Shown: piece after piece, positions 17,967 through 27,574 of the stretch
Position numbering within the stretch: the first letter of the stretch is position 1
Layout of the letters: each line of letters begins with the position of its first letter
Source: an uncultured Flavobacteriales bacterium
GTDB lineage: Bacteria; Bacteroidota; Bacteroidia; Flavobacteriales_G; NORP312
Assembly (NCBI GenBank): GCA_905480125.1
Contig: CAJQPE010000044.1
Span: 1,569 to 65,568, forward strand
Length of the DNA stretch: 64,000 bases
Direction of reading: 5' to 3'
Translations under genes and position numbers: made by a program
The notes under the pieces: generated by a model
Told to the model about the DNA's origin: nothing
What the model saw: only the letters and a program-made list of their open reading frames with translations
Database searches by the model: none

Positions 17967-19346
17967 ATGAAAGTAAGGAGTTTATTGATTGCATTAGCAA
18001 TCACATTTAGTGGATTTGTCAGCGCGCAATCAATAGCCGCAATAGCTAAAAAAGGAAATAAAGTTGGATTTATTGATAAATCAGGAAACTGGTTAATAGA
18101 GGCAAAATTTGATATTGTGCAAACATTTAAGGGTGATTATGCTTTGGCAAAAGTGAACGGCAAATGGGGCACGATAGACAAAAAAGGTACCTGGGTTATT
18201 CCAGCTAAATTCGAGAGACTAAGTATTCCAGAAGACGGTTACGCTATGGCTATGTTAGATGGGCTATGGGTTGTTATAAATGATAGAGGAGAAACCGTTT
18301 ACAAAAACACAGAGTATAAAAAAATAGCTAAATTAGGTAATGGAATGTTGGTTGGTTATATGAAAAAAACCTCGGATTATATTGACGTTTCCACCGGTGA
18401 AAAGGTAGCAACTCCAATAGAATCAAAATCGCTAAATCAATTTAGTGACGGATTGGCAAGATTTAAAGAAAATAAGTGGGGCTATATTGATAAAACTGGC
18501 TCATATAAAATTAAGTCGCAGTTCGATGATGCGAAAGATTTTAAAGATGGAAAAGCGCTAGTAAAATCTGCTGGCAAATGGGGTCAGATAGATTTAAATG
18601 GCGCATGGATAATACCAGCCGAATTCGATAAAATACAAGGGTATAGAAAAGGGCAAGCAATTGCAAAACAAAACGGGAAGACAGGCATAATTGATGAGAA
18701 AGGAAACTGGGTAGTAAAACCACAATATGAAAAACTTAGATTGTTTAATAGTGGAATGGCGTTCGCCACCAAAGGCGGTGTAAAAGGATATGTAAACAAG
18801 GCAGGAGAATTCAAGCCAGGACCTGCTAGTGCTGCTGCAATTTATCCATTTTCTGATGGTTACGCGATGATTAAAGTAGCAGATAAAATTGGATACATGA
18901 ATACCAAGCTCGAAATAGTTATTGAACCAAAATATACCAAAGCACTAGATTGGGGAGGAGTGTTTGGAAGAGTAATGATTGGTGAAAATTGGGCATTAGT
19001 AAATGAAGCTGGAGAAGAGTTTGAAATTTTGAATGTTCAGAAATTTTACAAGTTTCATGGGGATTTGATGGCCTTTAAATCGAATAATAAATATGGATAT
19101 ATTGATAAAACAGGTAAAGTTATTATTAGACCTATATATACGAGTGTTGAAGACGAATATCTATATAATGTAACATCCAGAGGTGGATTGGGCATTTTCA
19201 ACAAATCCTTATATCAAGCCCCGAATAGAGATGTAAACGGTTTCATATTGTCTAACAGAAATGGAAAATATGGTGCAGTAGACAAAACGGGAAAAGAAGT
19301 AATTCCGTTTCAATTTGACGACATCAAAGCTTTTTATCCGTTCTAA
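17967..19346 (+). CDS. Secreted WG-repeat (KWG-type) protein
   Basis: The ORF track begins at 17895. I start at the internal ATG 17967, where a signal peptide begins (MKVRSLLIALAITFSGFVSAQ). About 11 repeats fit the pattern xGKWGxIDKxGxxVIPxxF. Confidence 0.8.
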   Translation: MKVRSLLIALAITFSGFVSAQSIAAIAKKGNKVGFIDKSGNWLIEAKFDIVQTFKGDYALAKVNGKWGTIDKKGTWVIPAKFERLSIPEDGYAMAMLDGLWVVINDRGETVYKNTEYKKIAKLGNGMLVGYMKKTSDYIDVSTGEKVATPIESKSLNQFSDGLARFKENKWGYIDKTGSYKIKSQFDDAKDFKDGKALVKSAGKWGQIDLNGAWIIPAEFDKIQGYRKGQAIAKQNGKTGIIDEKGNWVVKPQYEKLRLFNSGMAFATKGGVKGYVNKAGEFKPGPASAAAIYPFSDGYAMIKVADKIGYMNTKLEIVIEPKYTKALDWGGVFGRVMIGENWALVNEAGEEFEILNVQKFYKFHGDLMAFKSNNKYGYIDKTGKVIIRPIYTSVEDEYLYNVTSRGGLGIFNKSLYQAPNRDVNGFILSNRNGKYGAVDKTGKEVIPFQFDDIKAFYPF

Positions 19347-19466
19347 ATAGTTCGGGTTTTTTATCTCCGTGTTTTTGCTGATGAATGCGAAGCTTTTAAG
19401 TATACACAGAATCAGATCAACGATGAGCTGTATTGAGAATTAATTAAGGAATAAAATTTGTTATAG

Positions 19467-19494
19467 AAAAGCCTCAATTAGTTGAGGTTTTTTA
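19467..19494 (+). terminator. Rho-independent terminator
   Basis: GCCTCAA (19471-19477), loop TTAG, TTGAGGT (19482-19488), then a T-run. A flanking A-tract extends the stem. It sits 120 nt after the WG-repeat stop. Confidence 0.6.
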
Positions 19495-19511
19495 TTTAAT
19501 AACTTTACACC

Positions 19512-20978
19512 ATGCTTTTTCAATTTTCACTTCGAACGCGTATTTATATCTCGATGCTGATGATGATAATGATTTCTTTTATCATTATTGGAGTAGTTAC
19601 TGTGCGCCATTTTATGGTAGAAAATGAGGAGTACCATCAAAATAGGTTAGAAAGAAAAGAAACAGCAGTTATAAAAAGTATTGGGTATTTTCTTGAAAGA
19701 GAAGGTATCTATACTAACCCTGATTCTGTGATGGTATTGTTTTCAGATAAGATTACCGAGATTGCAGACATTAATAACCTCGACATAAATATCTTCAATC
19801 TAAAAGGAGAGCTACTAATCACATCGCACTCAGATTATTTTGAAAAGGGTGTTTTTGTATTTCAGTTAAAAGAAAACATATTAACGGAACTTTCCTCAGG
19901 AAATAATAGATTATTAAAAGAAATTGATGGAGACACATTGTCAATTCTTTCCACTTATCGTTACATGAATAATATTGACGGAAGGCCGATCGCGATAATA
20001 AACCTCCCCTATTTTCAGGAAAATAAAGTGAGTCAGAAAGAGATAAGAGATTTTTTAGTAACACTTTCTGAAGTGTATTTATTTCTGTTTTTGGGAGCGG
20101 CAATTGTTGCTTATTTCCTTTCAAATTATATTACGGGGTCGATTCAAACCATTGGGGCGAAACTGAAACAGATTTCTTTAAGTAAAAGGAACGAACCTCT
20201 TGAGTGGAATAGTAACGATGAAATAGGAACTTTAGTTAAGGAGTATAATAGAATGTTATCAGAATTAGAACGAAGCGCCGAATTGCTAGGCCAATCTGAG
20301 AGGGAAAGTGCCTGGAGAGAAATGGCAAAACAAGTTGCACATGAAATTAAAAACCCTTTAACTCCAATGAAGCTAAGCGTTCAGCACCTAGAGAGAACAC
20401 TTGCTCAAGATTCTGATGATTGGAAATTACGTCTGCAACGATTTTCAAACAGTATTGTTGAGCAAATTGACACTCTCTCAGATATAGCAAGTGAGTTTTC
20501 AAATTTTGCTAAAATGCCACAAGCTAAAACTGAAAAAGTAGATGTTGACAAAACATTAAGACATTCAATAGAGTTATTTAACGAATTACCATCAGCAGAA
20601 ATAACTTACGAAAACTGTAGTAAAGTTCCGGTTGAAATATTAGCAGATCACAATCAAATTTCAAGAGTATTCAACAATCTACTTAAAAACGCAATTCAAG
20701 CAATTCCAGAAAACAGAATCGGTAAAATTAAGGTAAAATTAAATCAGGATCATGAAAGCATATTGATTACAATTCAAGATAATGGCATTGGAATTTCTGA
20801 AGCTCGAAAAGCTAAAATATTTACACCAAATTTCACTACTAAAACTTCAGGAATGGGGCTCGGATTAGCAATGGTGAAGAATATTGTGAATAATAGTGAA
20901 GGCAAAATTTGGTTCGAAACAGATGAAGAAATTGGAAGTACATTTTTCATTTCTTTTCCTATTTCTCTAAATTCTTAA
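19512..20978 (+). CDS. Membrane sensor histidine kinase with no adjacent response regulator
   Basis: 488 aa. Two TM segments flank a periplasmic domain, followed by a HAMP-like linker. H-box VAHEIKNPLTPM, N-box NLLKNAIQA, G-boxes DNGIGI and GMGLGLAMV. Confidence 0.9.
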   Translation: MLFQFSLRTRIYISMLMMIMISFIIIGVVTVRHFMVENEEYHQNRLERKETAVIKSIGYFLEREGIYTNPDSVMVLFSDKITEIADINNLDINIFNLKGELLITSHSDYFEKGVFVFQLKENILTELSSGNNRLLKEIDGDTLSILSTYRYMNNIDGRPIAIINLPYFQENKVSQKEIRDFLVTLSEVYLFLFLGAAIVAYFLSNYITGSIQTIGAKLKQISLSKRNEPLEWNSNDEIGTLVKEYNRMLSELERSAELLGQSERESAWREMAKQVAHEIKNPLTPMKLSVQHLERTLAQDSDDWKLRLQRFSNSIVEQIDTLSDIASEFSNFAKMPQAKTEKVDVDKTLRHSIELFNELPSAEITYENCSKVPVEILADHNQISRVFNNLLKNAIQAIPENRIGKIKVKLNQDHESILITIQDNGIGISEARKAKIFTPNFTTKTSGMGLGLAMVKNIVNNSEGKIWFETDEEIGSTFFISFPISLNS

Positions 20979-21058
20979 TTAGCATGCTGGGGTGATACTT
21001 TTTTTGAATCGTAAAACTTTTGAGTACAACTATTACATTTGCAATAAAATTATCAACT

Positions 21059-21841
21059 ATGGTTTACAGCAACATTCTAGTAGAAACAGAAGTTAGCACT
21101 CAAATTATTACGATTAATCGACCCGATAAATTGAATGCGTTGAATAAAGAAACGATCGAAGAATTAGGAGATGCTTTTTCCGAAGCAGAATCTAATATTG
21201 GAATTAGGGCGATAATTATTACTGGCTCAGGAGAAAAAGCCTTTGTTGCAGGAGCAGATATTTCTGAATTTTATCAATTCAGTGTTGACAAAGGAAAAGA
21301 ATTGAGTGCAAAAGGGCATAAAATACTATTTGATTTAGTTGAGAATTTGACTACGCCAGTTATTGCTGCAGTTAATGGTTTTGCTTTGGGAGGGGGATTA
21401 GAATTAGCCATGTGCAGTCATATTAGAATAGCATCAGACAATGCCAAATTAGGATTGCCTGAAGTAACATTAGGTGTAATTCCTGGATACGGAGGGACGC
21501 AGCGTTTGGCTCAATTAGTAGGCAAAGGAAAAGCCAACGAAATGATAATGACAGCAGCTATGATTTCTTCAGAAGAGGCCGAAAAGTGGGGGTTAGTAAA
21601 TGCTGTTGTTTCGCAAAGTGAATTATTAGAAACAGCCAAAATGATGGCGGCTAAAATAGCTAGAAACTCACCCGTTGCAATTGCTAGCGCGATTCGTTCC
21701 ATTAATGCAGGCTATAAAGATGGAGTTAACGGTTATCAAACGGAGATCGAAGAATTTGGAATTTGTTTTGGGACTGAAGATTTCAATGAAGGTACTTCTG
21801 CTTTTATGGAAAAACGTAAGGCAGTTTTTTCTGGAAAGTAA
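21059..21841 (+). CDS. Enoyl-CoA hydratase/isomerase (crotonase) family protein
   Basis: Crotonase signature AAVNGFALGGGLELAMC. Start moved from the ORF-track 21020 to ATG 21059 (MVYSNILVE...). Confidence 0.88.
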   Translation: MVYSNILVETEVSTQIITINRPDKLNALNKETIEELGDAFSEAESNIGIRAIIITGSGEKAFVAGADISEFYQFSVDKGKELSAKGHKILFDLVENLTTPVIAAVNGFALGGGLELAMCSHIRIASDNAKLGLPEVTLGVIPGYGGTQRLAQLVGKGKANEMIMTAAMISSEEAEKWGLVNAVVSQSELLETAKMMAAKIARNSPVAIASAIRSINAGYKDGVNGYQTEIEEFGICFGTEDFNEGTSAFMEKRKAVFSGK

Positions 21842-21942
21842 ATTTCACCTAGCGTATCAAATTGACAATGTTTATAAGTTCGTCTCGTTTGGGTCGAACA
21901 ACACGTTGTATTCATAAAATTTGTTGTTAGGAAAAGTAACCA

Positions 21943-23460
21943 TTGAACAACCCATTACAAAAACTGGCAGGACAAACAGCAATCTACGGATTTAGCAGTA
22001 TTGTTGGTCGGTTTCTTAACTTTCTGCTCACACCATTATTTGCAGTATATTTTGCAAAAGATCAATTCGGAATCATCACCGAAATGTATGCTTATGTGGC
22101 ATTTCTAGTTGTGTTTTTAACCTACGGAATGGAAACGGCTTATTTCCGTTTCATGACGTTAGAAGAACAGAGAGATAAACCGGTTTATTCTACAGTGTTG
22201 ATTTCACTGCTTTCTACCACATTTATTTTTATCGCTAGCGCTGTTGTATTTGCCCAACCTGTTGCTGATTGGCTGCAGTACCCAAATCATACGGAGTATG
22301 TAATTTGGTTTTCTATTATCGTGGGGTTAGATGCGGTAAGTTCTATTCCATTAGCCCAACTTCGTGCCGACAATAAAGCTCTCCGTTTTGCTTTCGTCAA
22401 TTTTGTAAATATTGGAGTTAATATTTCACTCAACCTTTTTTTTATCGTCTATTGTTCTGCTAATTATGAAATAAATAGTAATTGGCTAATAGACACCTTT
22501 TACGACCCTAATATTGGCGTCGGTTATGTTTTTATTTCAAATCTTATTGCGAGTATTTTTAAGTTTTTGTTCCTAGCTCCTGGGATGAGACTTAGAGAAG
22601 GAATCCAATTCTCGTTATGGAAAAGTATGTTTCGATATTCTTCGCCAATGTTAATTGTTGGTCTTGCTGGAATTGTTAACGAAACAATTGATAGAATATT
22701 AATCAAGAAAATAATTTATGCACAACAATTAGAAACTTTGGGTTCGCAAGCCGCGAATACTTTCGCTCAAGAACAAAATGGAATTTATGGAGCGAATTAT
22801 AAATTGGCAATGATTATCAGTATGTTTATTCAAGCTTATCGTTATGCAGCTGAACCGTTTTTTTTCAAAGAAGAGCAGAAGAAAGATTCTAAAGAAACTT
22901 ATGTGAAAATCATGAACTATTTCATTATTGTAGTTGCGTTTATGTTTCTTGTTATTACTTTATACATAAGCATATTTAAATATTTTATTCCGAATCCGGA
23001 TTTTTGGGGGGGCCTGCACATAGTTCCAATTTTACTTGCTGCTTATGTCTGTCTGGGGATTTATTATAACCAATCAATTTGGTATAAGCTCTCACAAAAA
23101 ACAGGATATGGCGCAATCATTTCTTTAGCAGGAGCTGTAGTAACAATTACAATAAATTTACTATTTATTCCTATATACGGATACACAGCAGCGGCTTGGG
23201 CTACATTATCTTGCTATTCCTTTATGATGATAATTTCTTATTTTATTGGTCAAAGACACTATCCTATACCATATAATATCAAGAAATTTTTCATGTATGC
23301 AGGCACAGCATTAGCAATTTATATTTTCAGTATTAAAGGAAGATCTTTTGAAATGCTTTCCCTGTCTGGGTATATAATTAACACAATTTTATTGATCCTA
23401 TTTATAGTATTAGCCTATTTCATAGAAAAAAGTGAGTTTAAAATACCTCGAAGTGGTTAA
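21943..23460 (+). CDS. MOP/Wzx-type polysaccharide (oligosaccharide) flippase family protein
   Basis: 505 aa and highly hydrophobic, with 12 or more predicted TM helices. TTG start. Confidence 0.7.
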   Translation: MNNPLQKLAGQTAIYGFSSIVGRFLNFLLTPLFAVYFAKDQFGIITEMYAYVAFLVVFLTYGMETAYFRFMTLEEQRDKPVYSTVLISLLSTTFIFIASAVVFAQPVADWLQYPNHTEYVIWFSIIVGLDAVSSIPLAQLRADNKALRFAFVNFVNIGVNISLNLFFIVYCSANYEINSNWLIDTFYDPNIGVGYVFISNLIASIFKFLFLAPGMRLREGIQFSLWKSMFRYSSPMLIVGLAGIVNETIDRILIKKIIYAQQLETLGSQAANTFAQEQNGIYGANYKLAMIISMFIQAYRYAAEPFFFKEEQKKDSKETYVKIMNYFIIVVAFMFLVITLYISIFKYFIPNPDFWGGLHIVPILLAAYVCLGIYYNQSIWYKLSQKTGYGAIISLAGAVVTITINLLFIPIYGYTAAAWATLSCYSFMMIISYFIGQRHYPIPYNIKKFFMYAGTALAIYIFSIKGRSFEMLSLSGYIINTILLILFIVLAYFIEKSEFKIPRSG

Positions 23461-23508
23461 CCGATTTACATTCTTTGTAGCTTTACAAGCTGGACAAAAC
23501 GTATTGAG

Positions 23509-23952
23509 ATGGAAGATTTACATGTTAAAATAATTAATAAGTCAAAAAACAATTTGCCGCAATACGAAACCCCGTTCTCGGCAGGTTTAGACTTAAGAGC
23601 TGATCTTGAAATTTCAATAGTTTTAACGCCCATGCAACGGAAACTTATTCCAACGGGGTTATATATAGAATTGCCAACAGGATATGAAGCTCAAATTCGT
23701 CCAAGAAGTGGATTGGCGTATAAAAAAGGAGTGTCAGTTTTGAATAGTCCAGGCACCATTGACGCTGATTATCGAGGCGAAGTAGGAGTGCTGCTCATTA
23801 ACCTATCAAAGCAAGTTGTGACAATTGAACCAAAGGAGAGAATTGCGCAAATGGTCGTTGCTAAACATGAACAAGTTAATTGGCTAGAAACAAAAGAAAT
23901 TACAGAGACACAAAGAGGAGCTGGAGGATTTGGCAGCACTGGAAATAAATAA
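23509..23952 (+). CDS. dut: dUTP diphosphatase
   Basis: 147 aa with the motifs [24 protein letters not shown] and [10 protein letters not shown]. Confidence 0.96.
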   Translation: MEDLHVKIINKSKNNLPQYETPFSAGLDLRADLEISIVLTPMQRKLIPTGLYIELPTGYEAQIRPRSGLAYKKGVSVLNSPGTIDADYRGEVGVLLINLSKQVVTIEPKERIAQMVVAKHEQVNWLETKEITETQRGAGGFGSTGNK

Positions 23953-23962
23953 TAGATAAAAG

Positions 23963-24973
23963 ATGAAAATAATAGTTCCAATGGCTGGAATGGGGAAAAG
24001 AATGAGACCCCATACACTTACCGTTCCTAAGCCGTTAATTCCAATTGCGGGTAAGCCTATAGTTAAAAGACTGGTTGAGGATATTGCAAAAGTTTGTGAT
24101 GAAAAAATTGTTGAAGTGGCATTTATCATTGGAGACTTTGGCAACGAAGTGGAGGAAACTTTGATCGGAATCGCTGAAGCAATTGGGGCAAAAGGGAGCA
24201 TCTGTTATCAGCGTGAAGCGCTAGGTACAGCGCATGCGATACTATGCGCACAAGATTATCTGGATGGCAAAGTAGTTGTTGCGTTTGCTGACACCTTGTT
24301 TAAGGCTAATTTTAAATTAGATGATTCACAAGATGGAATTATTTGGACAAGTAAAGTAGATGACCCTAGTGCTTTTGGGGTAGTAAAATTAGGAGAAAAT
24401 GGAAATGTTGAGGCGTTTATAGAGAAACCTCAACAGTTTATTTCCGACCAAGCTATAATCGGCATTTATTATTTTAAAGATGGTGAATATTTAAGAACCG
24501 AATTACAGTACTTAATTGATAATGATGTTCGTATTAAAGGGGGGGAGTTTGGATTAACGGACGCCCTAGAAAACATGAATAGCAAAGGAACTTCATTTAG
24601 TATAGAAACTGTTTCTGAGTGGTTAGATTGTGGGAATAAAAATGCCACTGTATACACAAATCAAAGAGTATTAGAGTTCATAAAAGATGAAAACTCATCT
24701 TCAAGCAATGCCGCCTTGAACAATTCTAAAATAATAGAACCCTGTTATTTTGGGGAAGGCGTTGAAGTTGAAAACTCAACTGTTGGCCCGCATGTTTCGC
24801 TTGGTGCCGGCACGAAAATTTTTGGTTCGATAATTGAAAACACAATTATTCAGTCAAATTCTATGATTACAGATTCTGAACTTAGTAATACTATGATAGG
24901 AAACTTTGTTTCTTTTTCCGGTAAAAGTAGTGATGCAAGTATTGGTGATTACTCTCAAGTTAAATTGCATTAA
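23963..24973 (+). CDS. Sugar-phosphate nucleotidyltransferase family protein with a C-terminal hexapeptide-repeat-like region
   Basis: 336 aa. N-terminal MAGMGKRMRP (GxGxR nucleotidyltransferase motif) and a C-terminal beta-helix-like segment. Substrate unknown. Confidence 0.75.
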   Translation: MKIIVPMAGMGKRMRPHTLTVPKPLIPIAGKPIVKRLVEDIAKVCDEKIVEVAFIIGDFGNEVEETLIGIAEAIGAKGSICYQREALGTAHAILCAQDYLDGKVVVAFADTLFKANFKLDDSQDGIIWTSKVDDPSAFGVVKLGENGNVEAFIEKPQQFISDQAIIGIYYFKDGEYLRTELQYLIDNDVRIKGGEFGLTDALENMNSKGTSFSIETVSEWLDCGNKNATVYTNQRVLEFIKDENSSSSNAALNNSKIIEPCYFGEGVEVENSTVGPHVSLGAGTKIFGSIIENTIIQSNSMITDSELSNTMIGNFVSFSGKSSDASIGDYSQVKLH

Positions 24974-26761
24974 TTGAATAAGCCGTTTTTAATATTATTT
25001 ACTTTTTTTTCTTCTTATCGAAGTGTAATAGATAGATTGACACTTTTGGTAATTCTTTTGGCTTTAACATCCTGTGGGGGAACGTCAAAAGTTACTTCTA
25101 GAAAATACGATGGGCTAAATAACTCTGAGCTCAGTGATAAGCAGAATCAAAAGATTCAAGTTTTATTCTTTGATGGGCTCAAAGAAAACGCATTAGAAAA
25201 TTATGACCGTGCCGAAAATAATTTTCTTTCTATTATAAAAATAGACAAAAAGCATGCTGCATCATTCTATCATTTAGCATTAATTTATGAATTAAAACAA
25301 GATTACGAGAGGGCCCTTGGTTGCGCGAAGCAGGCAGCTCAGATTGACTCACACAATGAATGGTATCGATTAGTTTTAGCGGGGATATATGAGCTTAATG
25401 CTGAATATTCAGAGGCGTCTAAGCTATACGAAGAAATTACAACCACCAATCCAAAGAACATAGATGCTTATTATTATTGGATAAACTCGTTAGCAGCGGA
25501 AGGTAATTGGAAGGATATGATAAAAGTAATGAACCTACTTGAAGGTGAAATGGGGTTTTCTGAAGAGCTTGCCATGGAGCGTAAAAAGTTGTACTTGCGC
25601 CAAGGGGATGTTAACGGGGCCATTAATGAGGTCGAAGGAATTCTAGAACAAGATCCAAATAATACTAAATATTTAAATTTACTAGCCGAATTGTATCAAA
25701 AGAAAGGCGAACCAGAAAATGCACTTAAAATTTTCGATAAAATCGTTTTTCTCAGGCCAAACGATCCATACGTTCACCTTTCGCTTTCAGATCATTATAA
25801 AAATCTAGGGAACGAAGAAAAATCTAGGGAAGAATTGCGGTTGGCTTATAAAAATCCTGACTTAGGAGTTGATGCCAAGGTTAGAATCTTACTTGGTTAT
25901 TTCACCTTGGAAGGAATAAAGGAAGGAAAGACAGCAGAAGCATTTGAGCTCGGAAAGGTAATAACCGATGTACACCCAGAAGATGCAAAATCCCATTCAG
26001 TTTATGGTGATTTACTTTACCGGTTAGATAGCAGTAAATTAGCTCTTTTTCATTACAGGAAGGCCATATCACTCGATGAGAGTAAATTTGTTTTATGGAC
26101 TCAAGTACTAATTTTAGAATCTGAGCAACAAGATTTTGAATCGATGTATTCGGATGCCACCAAAGCGATAGAATTGTTCCCTGCCCAACCATCTTTCTAT
26201 TTATTCAAGGGTATTTCTGCGATTCAAAAAAAGAAATATGAAGAAGGAATTAAGGCATTAAATTCAGGTAAAGACTTAGTTTATGATAATAATCAAATGC
26301 TGGCCCAGTTTTATTCAACACTAGGGGATAGTTATTACAAAATGGAAAATCATTTAGCCTCTGATTCTGCTTACGATAAATCGTTGGAATATGATCGAGA
26401 TAACGTCTATGTTCTGAATAATTATAGTTACTACCTTTCTCTGCGAAAAAAGAATTTATTGAAAGCCGAAGCTATGTCAAAAAGAAGCAACGAACTTTCT
26501 CCCCGTTCACCTTCATTCGCTGATACTTATGGATGGATATTATACCAAGAAGGGAAATACGATGAGGCGAAGCTATGGCTGGAAAATGCGATTGATTATG
26601 GAGCAGGTAAAAACGGGGTAATTCTAGAACACTATGGCGATATATTGTATAAGTTAGATGATTTTGAAGGGGCCAAGCAGCAATGGATTAAGGCGAAACA
26701 AACTAAGCAAGGCTCGGAGCTATTAGATCAAAAAATTAAGACAGGAAAATTGATTGATTAG
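24974..26761 (+). CDS. TPR-repeat lipoprotein
   Basis: 595 aa. Lipobox-like LTSC, then many TPR-like units (A..YY/L...G....A pattern). The TTG start immediately follows the upstream stop. Confidence 0.75.
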   Translation: MNKPFLILFTFFSSYRSVIDRLTLLVILLALTSCGGTSKVTSRKYDGLNNSELSDKQNQKIQVLFFDGLKENALENYDRAENNFLSIIKIDKKHAASFYHLALIYELKQDYERALGCAKQAAQIDSHNEWYRLVLAGIYELNAEYSEASKLYEEITTTNPKNIDAYYYWINSLAAEGNWKDMIKVMNLLEGEMGFSEELAMERKKLYLRQGDVNGAINEVEGILEQDPNNTKYLNLLAELYQKKGEPENALKIFDKIVFLRPNDPYVHLSLSDHYKNLGNEEKSREELRLAYKNPDLGVDAKVRILLGYFTLEGIKEGKTAEAFELGKVITDVHPEDAKSHSVYGDLLYRLDSSKLALFHYRKAISLDESKFVLWTQVLILESEQQDFESMYSDATKAIELFPAQPSFYLFKGISAIQKKKYEEGIKALNSGKDLVYDNNQMLAQFYSTLGDSYYKMENHLASDSAYDKSLEYDRDNVYVLNNYSYYLSLRKKNLLKAEAMSKRSNELSPRSPSFADTYGWILYQEGKYDEAKLWLENAIDYGAGKNGVILEHYGDILYKLDDFEGAKQQWIKAKQTKQGSELLDQKIKTGKLID

Positions 26762-26764
26762 AGA

Positions 26765-27574
26765 ATGAAGCTCCTGCGATTTATATCATTTATGTTATTT
26801 GTTCTTTTAACTCAGGCTTGCTCTAAAAACAATATCAATACAAAGAAAAAATTACCTTATAAGTCAACCTCTTTTTTGCTGGAGAAGCTTCACGAAAATG
26901 AGCTGAAATGCGAATGGTTTGCTGCGAAAATAGGTGTTGCATTTGTATCTGATAAAATGTCTGATTCATTTAAGATGCATGTCCGTGTAAGGAATGATAG
27001 CGCGATTTGGATTTCAGCTACTTATTATTCTGTTGAAGCCGCACGTTTTTTAATAACTCCCGATACGGTCAAATTCATGGATAGAAAAAATAAGAAATAT
27101 TTTATTGGTGATTTTGCATATATCAATAAAAAATTCAATGTTGAGTTAGATTTCGAGTCCTTACAATCACTTATTTTAGGAAAAGGATCGAATATTTCAG
27201 AATTTGAGAAGCTAAAATCATATTCATCAAGCGAACACTACAATATAAGTAGTATTGGAAAGCGGGAGAAAAATCGGGCGGATAAAAAAGGTGCCCAAAA
27301 AGCAAAAACTGACGTTGCTTTAACAGTGTCAGTTTATCCCGCCACATTTAAGGTTTCTAGAATTATTTTGCAAGATTTTAAGCAGCATAAGTCGTTAAAA
27401 GTCGATTTTGAAAAGTATCAAAAAGTTGAGGGACAGCTTGCGCCTAAACAGACCGAATTGAATATCGTAGCTGATCAAAATTTGGAAGCGTCTATTGAAT
27501 ATTTGAAGATAACAATGAATAAACCGCTCAAGCTGTCGTTTACGATACCCGAGAAGTATGAAAAAATGGAATAA
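26765..27574 (+). CDS. DUF4292-family lipoprotein (LolB-like fold family)
   Basis: 269 aa with a signal peptide ending ...TQAC. The core FAAKIGVAFVSDKMSDSFKMHVRVRNDSAIWISA...RFLITPDTVKFMDR fits my memory of DUF4292. The conserved neighbourhood (TPR upstream, M23 downstream) also matches. Confidence 0.55.
   Translation: MKLLRFISFMLFVLLTQACSKNNINTKKKLPYKSTSFLLEKLHENELKCEWFAAKIGVAFVSDKMSDSFKMHVRVRNDSAIWISATYYSVEAARFLITPDTVKFMDRKNKKYFIGDFAYINKKFNVELDFESLQSLILGKGSNISEFEKLKSYSSSEHYNISSIGKREKNRADKKGAQKAKTDVALTVSVYPATFKVSRIILQDFKQHKSLKVDFEKYQKVEGQLAPKQTELNIVADQNLEASIEYLKITMNKPLKLSFTIPEKYEKME

Noticed and set aside
19381-19443. 20-codon mini-ORF (MNAKLLSIHRIRSTMSCIEN) between the WG-repeat gene and its terminator.
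   Set aside because: It is too short to evaluate and has no supporting features. The 120-nt untranslated tail before the terminator may simply be a 3' UTR.
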